A DNA stretch of 63,873 nt, filler included, from Guillardia theta CCMP2712 (Eukaryota; Protista; Cryptophyta): assembly GCF_000315625.1 (NCBI RefSeq). It is 5 parts of 5 records of this genome, joined end to end, with 100 filler letters (N's around TTAATTAATTAA, not from the genome) between each part and the next. Parts side by side here need not be neighbours in the genome. Positions count along the whole stretch, not along the records: positions 1 to 24,262 come from NW_005434519.1; 4 more parts are not named here. One strand, 5' to 3'. The position numbers were made by a program, and so were the translations under genes. The number at the start of each line of letters is the position of its first letter. Position 1 is the stretch's first letter. Of the stretch, positions 12,499 through 22,311 are shown one piece after another. The notes beneath the pieces were generated by a model. That model ran no database searches and was not told the DNA's origin. It saw nothing but the letters and a program-made list of their open reading frames with translations.

Positions 12499-13510
12499 GA
12501 AGCATCCTCTTGAGGAACAACAGCCTCCATAAGGCGTTAGTGCGGCAGGGCATACCTTGATACCTCGGGATTGCTTCATCGACCAACACCCACAGGTGCT
12601 CCTTCTCTGTCCACAGCTTTGCTTCCTCCACGCGCACCTTTCCTGGGCCCGTCGTCTTGCCAAACAGGTATCCCACAACACCAAGCAAGTTCCAGCTGTA
12701 CGCGTGCAGGTCGATCGTCAAGACTTCCTGCTCGCATTTTGTTGGGTCAAGGTAATCGATCCTGCGATCACACGCCTGGAGATCAAGATCGATGGCTGCA
12801 TTGATCATGTGCGAGATGCCTCGTACAATCAGATATAAATCCTGTTCCTGGATGTATCCGAACAAGCAATAAAGCGATGTCTTTGGATTTCGTACGAAGT
12901 AGTCTACAGCACTCAGCGATTTCCCGCTCCCCGAGCATGCCTCGATCATACAAGTAACAATCCCGGCTTTTCTTCCCGCTTCTGCTACTACTTTGTCGAT
13001 GGGGTTCTTGTGGCTGAATGCTCCCGTTCTTGATCCCAGCACTCCGCCTAGGTGTCTCTTCAGCGTGTCAACGACCTCTCCCAGCGCAATGCGATACTTG
13101 AGAGACACCGCATGCAACACTGCAGGAAAACATTCAGCGCTTCGCCTTTTCAAACCACCTCAACCCTCCGCACGGCAGCACACAATCTCAGCAAGTACAG
13201 GTTACCTTCCGTATCCAACCGCATAGGCAAAGATGCATCAAAGTCTGCACGCTTGCACTGATTGAGGTACAAAGAGCGCTGCAAATCATCTACTAACTGG
13301 GTCTGATTCTTGGTTTGCGCATCAACTAGCTTCGCCTCCGCGACCTCGACCTCCCCTCTCAGCTTCGCCTTCGCGACCTCGACCTCCTCTCTCAGCTCCG
13401 CCTTCGCGACCTCTACCTCCCCTCTCAGCTTCCTCGACCTCTACCTTGCTGCCGCGATCTCCCTCTCGTCCCCAGCCTTGTTCGCTGCCCCCAGCTTCGC
13501 TTCCACGACC
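12499..13510 (-). pseudogene. Inverted, 3'-truncated CR-like paralogue (short header, intron 13120-13205, NTPase through Walker B)
   Basis: ORF 12356..13153(-) repeats the first ~218 aa of the exon-2 ORF and then breaks off after ...LKRML. The header is short and diverged and has a different 5' flank. Confidence 0.85.
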
Positions 13511-13958
13511 TGAGATTGGAGATCATGATGAGGAGCGGTAAGGGAATAGGTCGTAGATGTTCTAAGTGAGGTCAAGGTAATATTGGGTACGGTCGGACCC
13601 CAATTGGCCACGAGGATATCGGTGCGAGAGGCTATGGCGCCGGCAAAAACGAGGGATAACAAAGAGGGAGGAGGCGGGGGAGCGAGAGACAGGGAGGACA
13701 TGGCGGCAGGGGGCGAAGGACACGATACAGGCAAGTCGGCAGGCAAGCACGGCAGGGCAAACGAGCACAACCATGGCGATGAGAAGGTAAGTTAGGTCGC
13801 CCCCCAAAGCTCGTTGCTTGCCATGCTCATTTTGCCGACTTCCATCTTCTCCTTTTCCTGCTCTTGTTGATGTCCAACTTGATGTGCAATGATGAGAACG
13901 TGCTATCATCTCCCGTCCTTGAACGTAGCTACTTGTTTCATTTGGCACACTCCTCGGC

Positions 13959-15424
13959 ATGAGCCCCCCACCTCTCCCTATGGTTGAGCCAGCAGCTGCT
14001 GCCTTACCTCACGCGTGCTCGCAGGACTTCGTCTTGGTCGATGTGTTCTCGCAAGTCGTCAAGGTTCCCATCAGGGCAGACACTTCGGTCTCAGACGTGT
14101 GCGACCACCTCGCATCGCTATACCCAGAGCTCACCCCTGAGCACCTGTACACTTGTGACGGCTGCGAGTTGATGATGGAGGACTTGCTGTGCAATGTGTG
14201 TGTAGCAGGAGAACACCTGCTGCTGGCGTTGGGAGCAACCGACGATGAGAGGAAACGGTCTACTGTGCTGAGCTCCCTCGGAATCTTCCATGGGGTTCCC
14301 AGGACTGCGTTTCAGCCGATGCCAGCGAGAGTGACGTCGTCGTCCTCATGTTCCCTCCTGACAGGTCAGTGTATCCTCAACCCGAGGATAGCCTCCTCCT
14401 TGAAGAAGCTCTACATAGCAGTGGAGGGAGAGTGCCATTCAAGCCTGACTTATGGGTTGAGGGCTGACTCTGCCCAGAAGCCGCGCGTTCTGACGAGTGT
14501 GTGTGTGGACACGTCGAGCTTGAAGCATCTTGTCGTGGTCGGAGGAAAGTCAAACTTGAAGAGCGTCGGGGACCTCGTCCGATGGGTGAGGGCGAGGATG
14601 GGAGGTATCCCTTCCTGGGTTCGCTTGCATGCGTACGTCTTCTCCAACCTAGGGAGTGATGTTCGCGAGGACGAGAGTGAGAAGGATTGGTTCGAGGAGC
14701 TGGATGACAGGTGAAGGAGTTGTTCTCGTCTTCATCACCTGGTGTTCTGCTGCCAGCACTGCCATCCCGGTGCTGTCCAAGAACGAGAATCTTCTCATCA
14801 GTACAGAGGTTACGCCAGGTTCAAGGACAACATTAGCGACCTGATGCGAACTGACGTGAAATTGTTGATGTCAGTTGTGTTATCGAAGAAGGATTCATTG
14901 GTGTGGAAGACAACTCACGACGGAGGTCAGGCGATGTACGGAAAGAAGGCCCTTGCCTTCGATCCCTTGAGGTTGGACGATTTCAGCTGCCTCGTCGAGA
15001 GCCTGGTACCGACCTCACGACCTCTTGTCCGATGTTGGGGTAAACTGTCACCACAGGCCGACTCCTTCAATTTTTTACACAAGATGCAGCTGTGTGCTAC
15101 GGAGGTAGCAGGGGTGGGGACATTTCTCAACGGGGAGGTTCGTTTCAATGGTATCCCAGTGGAAATTCCGTCCTTGCAGGATCTGAGGATCACGTTGCGG
15201 ATCACCTCGCGCTCCGAGTCAGCGCACAACGGGGGGAAGAGCCTTGTACTGAGGCCTTACTTTGGGGACGAGAGTGTCTGGTGTCACCTCCCCCCTCACG
15301 GCCACGTCCTTCCCTTCTTCTTCACCGCTGGGCCTAACATGATCTTCACTCCGTGCTTGGAAACGGTCCTGCCTGCCTGCCAGCCTGCCTGCCTGCCTAC
15401 CTGCCTGTCATTCTCTTCTTCCTC

Positions 15425-15464
<40 letters not shown>

Positions 15465-15771
15465 GTTGTCGTTGCGTTTTCTCAGCATTCCTTGATTGTA
15501 TAAAGTCCCTGCTCGTTATGTGTGCGCTGGAGAAGCTTTCTCTTTCATCTGACGTCAATCGCAGATTGACGTGCTCAGCTGGGCGACGTCTCCTCAGATC
15601 AAAGTACTTGTTGTTTTCCCACAAAAATGTTCTTCTCACTGCTGTATCAGTCTTTCTCGAAGGACGATCTCATCATTCTCATTTCGAGAATATCAGCGCC
15701 CAGGTATGACAACAACAAACCTTCCTCTATCCGACTACAAACGCACCTACAAGTATGTCGGAGAAGCGTAA
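13959..15771 (+). CDS. Multi-exon protein with an N-terminal ubiquitin-like domain, function unknown
   Basis: VLVDVFSQVVKVPIRADTSVSDVCDHLASLYPELTPEHLYTCDGCELMMEDLL resembles a beta-grasp/Ubl pattern. Introns 14711-14756 and 14819-14874 join consecutive ORFs in frame. The 3' exons are uncertain; the likely end is ...YKYVGEA*. Confidence 0.6.
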
Positions 15772-16260
15772 TCTACCCGCTCCTTCTATGTAAATTCTCT
15801 CTCAGCATACTTCACTACTTCACTTGACTGATCGCTCAGTCGCTTTCACTGTCCGAGGCTGCTGTTGAGAGTCCGTCCGCGATCCATTGCCACCGTAGCT
15901 CGGGGGACTATCACACGTGGGAGAAGCCTCGGATCGGATCTAGTATCGTCATGCCGACTAACTTGCCATGAACTTTCAGCTTTCGGGCCCGTGACTTGGA
16001 GTAAACTTGCCTCGAGAATCCGGGCCGGGCCCCGGCCGACCGTCCGACCGCCGACCGGGTCACCGTCGGGGCGGCCGGGCCGCGCCGGTCACTGGGGCCC
16101 GGGGGGGCCGGTTTACAAGCCGCGCCCGAGGCTCTATAGAGGGGGTGTACTTTCAAATCGGACCCCTCCACGTGAAATTGAGAGCGGGCATTTCAAATAG
16201 AACCTCCAATCCTCCTGCTCCGCTCCAAATCCCCTCGAAATCAAGCGCCATTCGAGCAGC

Positions 16261-19200
16261 ATGTCAGGCAACAGATCCAAGCGAAGGCGCGATGCCGAGA
16301 TGCACGAGAGCAGACCCTCAAGGCAAAGGACGCGTCAAGGACATGTCCAGGATCTACATGCCCCACCTGAAGAGGAAGCGGCGGAGCTGAACCCATGGAA
16401 TGCTCGAGGGAACGAGAGGGAGATCGCCGCGACGGAGGTAACGGAGATGAGGAAGAGACTACAAGCAGCGCGAGAAAGCCGCGATGGAGAGAAGATAGCC
16501 TTTGCAGAGATAGATTTAGCGAAGGCGAAGCTGGGAGCAGCGAACAAGGCTGGGGACGAGAGGGTGATCGCGGCAGCAAAAGTCGAGGTCGCGGAGGCGA
16601 AGCTGAGAGGAGAGGTCGAGGTCGCGGAGGCGAAACTGGGAGAAGCGAACAAGGCTGGGGACGAGAGGGTGATCGCGGCGGCGAAAGTCAAGGTCGCGGA
16701 GGCGAAGCAGAGAGGGGAGGTCGAGGTCGCGGAGGCGAAACTGGGAGAAGCGAACAAGGCTGGGGACGAGAGGAAGATCGCGGCGGCGAAAGTCAAGGTC
16801 GCGGAGGCGAAGCTGAGAGGGGAGGTCGAGGTCGCTGATGCGAGACTGGGAGAAGCAAACAAGGCTGGGGACGAGAGGGTGATCGCGGCGGCGAAAGTCA
16901 AGGTCGCGGAGGCGAAGCAGAGAGGGGAGGTCGAGGTCGCGGAGGCGAAGCTGAGAGAGGAGGTTGTGGTCGGGAAGGCGAAGCAGAGAGGGGAGGTCGA
17001 GGTCGCGGAGGCGAAACTGGGAGCAGCGAACAAGGCTGGGGCCGAGAGGAAGATCGCGGCGGCGAAAGTCGAGGTCGCGGAGGCGAAGCAGAGAGGGGAG
17101 GTCGAGGTCGCGGAGGCGAAGCTGAGAGGGGAGGTCGAGGTCGCGGAGGCGAAGCTGGGAGCAGCGAACAAGGCTGGGGACGAGAGGAAGATCGCGGCGG
17201 CGAAAGTCAAGGTCGCGGAGGCGAAGCTGAGAGGGGAGGTCGAGGTCGCGGAGGCGAAGCTGAGAGGGGAGGTCGAGGTCGCGGAGGCGAAGCTGAGAGA
17301 GGAGGTCGAGGTCGCGAAGGCGAAGCTGGGAGCAGCGAACAAGGCTGGGGACGAGAGGAAGATCGCGGCGGCGAAAGTCGAGGTCGCGGAGGCGAAGCTG
17401 AGAGGGGAGGTCGAGGTCGCGGAGGCGAAGCAGAGAGGGGAGGTCGAGGTCGCGGAGGCGAAGCAGAGAGGGGAGGTCGAGGTCGCGAAGGCGAAGCTGG
17501 GAGCAGCGAACAAGGCTGGGGACGAGAGGGAGATCGAGGCGGCGATAGTCGAGGTCGCGAAGGCGGAGCTGAGAGGGGAGGTCAAGGTCACGAAGGCGAA
17601 GCTGAGAGGGGAGGTCGAGGTCGCGGAGGCGAAGCTGGTTGATGCGCAAACCAAGAATCAGACCCAGTTAGTAGATGATTTGCAGCGCTCTTTGTACCTC
17701 AATCAGTGCAAGCTTGCAGACTTTGATGCATCGTTGCCTATGCGGTTGGATACGGAAGGTAACCTGTACTTGCTGAGATTGTGTGCTGCCGTGCGGAGGG
17801 TTGAGGTGGTTTGAAAAGGCGAAGCGCTGAATGTTTTCCTGCAGTGTTGCATGCGGTGTCTCTCAAGTATCGCATTGCGCTGGGAGAGGTCGTTGACACG
17901 CTGAAGAGACACCTAGGCGAAGTGCTGGGATCAAGAACGGGAGCATTCAGCCAAAGGAACCCCATCGACAAAGTAGTAGCAGAAGCGGGAAGAAAAGCCG
18001 GGATTGTTACTTGTATGATCGAGGCATGCTCGGGGAGCGGGAAATCGCTGAGTGCTGTAGACTACTTCGTACGAAATCCAAAGACATCGCTTTATTGCTT
18101 GTTCGGATACATCCAGGAACAGGATTTATATCTGATTGTACGAGGCATCTCGCACATGATCAATGCAGCCATCGATCTTGATCTCCAGGCGTGTGATCGC
18201 AGGATCGATTACCTTGACCCAACAAAATGCGAGCAGGAAGTCTTGACGATCGACCTGCACGCGTACAGCTGGAACTTGCTTGGTGTTGTGGGATACCTGT
18301 TTGGCAAGACGACGGGCCCAGGAAAGGTGCGCGTGGAGGAAGCAAAGCTGTGGACAGAGAAGGAGCACCTGTGGGTGTTGGTCGATGAAGCAATCCCGAG
18401 GTATCAAGGTATGCCCTGCCGCACTAATGCCTTATGGAGGCTGTTGTTCCTCAAGAGGATGCTTCGTAATGCAGGCTTTCATTGCATCATGCTGGGTACC
18501 AACACTCTGGTGATGAATTTCAACAATGCTTTACAGCAGACGAGAAATAGCCGAGGCAAGAACCAAGAGACTATCAAGTGCATCACCCATCGAGCTCTTC
18601 CTCCGATGATCCTTCAGTCTGATGAGCAGCGCGATATCCTGAAGCAGGTGTTTGGGGAAGAGATGATTGAGGGGTTGCTCGACAATGTCAACCCCATGCT
18701 CTGCCACCTATTCTTCAAGTATTGGAGAGGTGGACAAGGGAAAGATAGCGCGACCTTGTTTCGAGATCTAGCAAATCCACTGTTGGCCATAGTACGAGGT
18801 GACAAGAAAAGCCTCAAGGACTCATCGTTGTACTGTATGTTTCAGATAGCAACGCACGAAAGCATGTGCCAGGCGCACATCTTGCAAGGCTTTGGTGTCC
18901 TCAATGCTTGGCCGATGAGCCAAGTCCCTGCACGCGGCAGCTCGGAGTCAATCGTTGAGCTTAAACGGACCGACAATCAGATTGAGATGAATGGGATCGA
19001 ACTCAACGACTTAACTAGCAAGTTCCCGCCAAGCTGGGTAGACCCCATCACCGTCGCGATCTGTGCTGGCGGGGGGAGACCTTTCGGGAACAACTCGAGC
19101 CTTGAGGTGTTGAGGAGGATCCACCGAGACGCTCTGAAGCCCATGGATGATCCAACAGCAGTAGATGCGCTGCGCCGAGACGGGAACCTGCTGGAGTCGT

Positions 19201-19865
19201 TTGGAGGAGTCGTGGTGATGTTGACGAGCTGGGCCGATCCTGAGGACATTCTTTCAACCCTCAGCCATCATTGCGGAAGGGAAGTGAGAGGCAAAGTGAA
19301 GGAGGTGCTTGGTTGCGTGAAGGATGAAGCATCAGCACGGGAGTTCCGCAAAGTCTTGACTCAGTGCTTCTGTAATCTGATCCCCTTGCGGGACAGTGAC
19401 GATGAGATGCCTAACCATAAAGCTTTCGGGTACTACATTCGATGCAAGGACAAGCGGAGACGGGACGGAGAGTTTGTGGGCCCCGTCCACAGTCCTGATG
19501 GCCAAAGCAGCATGAGGGGAGCAGCGGAGTTTAAGAACCGGAGAAAGCCTCTTGATCAATCGCAGCTCACGAAGTTTGTGAAGAAACTAGCCAACGACAA
19601 TCACAACCTCCTGTTGTTCATGGCTCCGGCGCTAGGAGAGTTCAAGGCTGAGAACATCCTACCGACAGATGGAGATGCCACGTGGTTGGTTCTGCATTGG
19701 ACGATGGACACAACGAAATACTCAGGATGGCACACTGAGGTGTTAGGCGGAAAGGCGAAGTGCAAAAGTCATAGGATACTGATCCTTATGGAGATCGGGC
19801 TGTCAACGAAACCTTTTAGTGAACCATCGATGCAGCAAGACGAGATGGATGACGAGGACCCGTGA
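16261..19865 (+). CDS. Crinkler(CR)-like protein copy 3 (1172 aa spliced, expanded header)
   Basis: Exons 16261-17758 and 17845-19865 total 3519 nt in frame; intron 17759-17844. The header is 116 aa longer than in copy 2. Confidence 0.8.
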
Positions 19866-20142
19866 AGATGGATGACGAGGACCCGTGAAGATGGATGCCG
19901 AGGACCCATGAAGATGGATGACGAGGACCCGTGAAGATGGATGACGAGGACCCGTGAAGATGGATGACGAGGACCCGTGAAGATGGATGCCGAGGACCCG
20001 TGAAGATGGATGACGAGGACCCGTGAAGATGGATGACGAGGACCCGTGAAGATGGATGACGAGGACCCGTGAAGATGGATGACGAGGACCCGTGAAGATG
20101 GATGACGAGGACCCGTGAAGATGGATGACGAGGACCCGTGAA
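19844..20142 (+). repeat. 23-bp tandem array x13
   Basis: 299 bp = 13 units, a few with single substitutions. Confidence 0.97.
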
Positions 20143-22011
20143 GCCGGGATTGTTACTTGTATGATCGAGGCATGCTCGGGGAGCGGGAAATCGCTGAGTG
20201 CTGTAGACTACTTCGTACGAAATCCAAAGACATCGCTTTATTGCTTGTTCGGATACATCCAGGAACAGGATTTATATCTGATTGTACGAGGCATCTCGCA
20301 CATGATCAATGCAGCCATCGATCTTGATCTCCAGGCGTGTGATCGCAGGATCGATTACCTTGACCCAACAAAATGCGAGCAGGAAGTCTTGACGATCGAC
20401 CTGCACGCGTACAGCTGGAACTTGCTTGGTGTTGTGGGATACCTGTTTGGCAAGACGACGGGCCCAGGAAAGGTGCGCGTGGAGGAAGCAAAGCTGTGGA
20501 CAGAGAAGGAGCACCTGTGGGTGTTGGTCGATGAAGCAATCCCGAGGTATCAAGGTATGCCCTGCCGCACTAATGCCTTATGGAGGCTGTTGTTCCTCAA
20601 GAGGATGCTTCGTAATGCAGGCTTTCATTGCATCATGCTGGGTACCAACACTCTGGTGATGAATTTCAACAATGCTTTACAGCAGACGAGAAATAGCCGA
20701 GGCAAGAACCAAGAGACTATCAAGTGCATCACCCATCGAGCTCTTCCTCCGATGATCCTTCAGTCTGATGAGCAGCGCGATATCCTGAAGCAGGTGTTTG
20801 GGGAAGAGATGATTGAGGGGTTGCTCGACAATGTCAACCCCATGCTCTGCCACCTATTCTTCAAGTATTGGAGAGGTGGACAAGGGAAAGATAGCGCGAC
20901 CTTGTTTCGAGATCTAGCAAATCCACTGTTGGCCATAGTACGAGGTGACAAGAAAAGCCTCAAGGACTCATCGTTGTACTGTATGTTTCAGATAGCAACG
21001 CACGAAAGCATGTGCCAGGCGCACATCTTGCAAGGCTTTGGTGTCCTCAATGCTTGGCCGATGAGCCAAGTCCCTGCACGCGGCAGCTCGGAGTCAATCG
21101 TTGAGCTTAAACGGACCGACAATCAGATTGAGATGAATGGGATCGAACTCAACGACTTAACTAGCAAGTTCCCGCCAAGCTGGGTAGACCCCATCACCGT
21201 CGCGATCTGTGCTGGCGGGGGGAGACCTTTCGGGAACAACTCGAGCCTTGAGGTGTTGAGGAGGATCCACCGAGACGCTCTCAAGCCCATGGATGATCCA
21301 ACAGCAGTAGATGCGCTGCGCCGAGACGGGAACCTGCTGGAGTCGTTTGGAGGAGTCGTGGTGATGTTGACGAGCTGGGCCGATCCTGAGGACATTCTTT
21401 CAACCCTCAGCCATCATTGCGGAAGGGAAGTGAGAGGCAAAGTGAAGGAGGTGCTTGGTTGCGTGAAGGATGAAGCATCAGCACGGGAGTTCCGCAAAGT
21501 CTTGACTCAGTGCTTCTGTAATCTGATCCCCTTGCGGGACAGTGACGATGAGATGCCTAACCATAAAGCTTTCGGGTACTACATTCGATGCAAGGACAAG
21601 CGGAGACGGGACGGAGAGTTTGTGGGCCCCGTCCACGGTCCTGATGGCCAAAGCAGCATGAGGGGAGCAGCGGAGTTTAAGAACCGGAGAAAGCCTCTTG
21701 ATCAATCGCAGCTCACGAAGTTTGTGAAGAAACTAGCCAACGACAATCACAACCTCCTGTTGTTCATGGCTCCGGCGCTAGGAGAGTTCAAGGCTGAGAA
21801 CATCCTACCGACAGATGGAGATGCCACGTGGTTGGTTCTGCATTGGACGATGGACACAACGAAATACTCAGGATGGCACACTGAGGTGTTAGGCGGAAAG
21901 GCGAAGTGCAAAAGTCATAGGATACTGATCCTTATGGAGATCGGGCTGTCAACGAAACCTTTTAGTGAACCATCGATGCAGCAAGACGAGATGGATGACG
22001 AGGACCCGTGA
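20125..22011 (+). CDS. Headerless CR-like NTPase-nuclease, copy 4 (628 aa ORF; ATG supplied by the 23-bp repeat)
   Basis: Begins MTRTRE (second frame of the repeat) fused to AGIVTCMIEACSGSGKS. All NTPase and nuclease motifs are intact. Expression is unknown. Confidence 0.6.
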   Translation: MTRTREAGIVTCMIEACSGSGKSLSAVDYFVRNPKTSLYCLFGYIQEQDLYLIVRGISHMINAAIDLDLQACDRRIDYLDPTKCEQEVLTIDLHAYSWNLLGVVGYLFGKTTGPGKVRVEEAKLWTEKEHLWVLVDEAIPRYQGMPCRTNALWRLLFLKRMLRNAGFHCIMLGTNTLVMNFNNALQQTRNSRGKNQETIKCITHRALPPMILQSDEQRDILKQVFGEEMIEGLLDNVNPMLCHLFFKYWRGGQGKDSATLFRDLANPLLAIVRGDKKSLKDSSLYCMFQIATHESMCQAHILQGFGVLNAWPMSQVPARGSSESIVELKRTDNQIEMNGIELNDLTSKFPPSWVDPITVAICAGGGRPFGNNSSLEVLRRIHRDALKPMDDPTAVDALRRDGNLLESFGGVVVMLTSWADPEDILSTLSHHCGREVRGKVKEVLGCVKDEASAREFRKVLTQCFCNLIPLRDSDDEMPNHKAFGYYIRCKDKRRRDGEFVGPVHGPDGQSSMRGAAEFKNRRKPLDQSQLTKFVKKLANDNHNLLLFMAPALGEFKAENILPTDGDATWLVLHWTMDTTKYSGWHTEVLGGKAKCKSHRILILMEIGLSTKPFSEPSMQQDEMDDEDP

Positions 22012-22311
22012 AGATGGATGACGAGGACCCGTGAAGATGGATGACGAGGACCCGTGAAGATGGATGACGAGGACCCGTGAAGATGGATGACGAGGACCCG
22101 TGAAGATGGATGACGAGGACCCGTGAAGATGGATGACGAGGACCCGTGAAGATGGATGACGAGGACCCGTGAAGATGGATGACGAGGACCCGTGAAGATG
22201 GATGACGAGGACCCGTGAAGATGGATGACGAGGACCCGTGAAGATGGATGACGAGGACCCGTGAAGATGGATGACGAGGACCCGTGAAGATGGATGACGA
22301 GGACCCGTGAA
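21990..22311 (+). repeat. 23-bp tandem array x14
   Basis: 322 bp = 14 units. Confidence 0.97.

Larger units (their letters stand above)
8655..15975 (+). repeat. Segmental tandem unit 2 (~7.3 kb)
   Basis: Same module order as unit 1. The sequence around 8400-8940 is repeated almost exactly at about 15720-16260. Confidence 0.85.
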
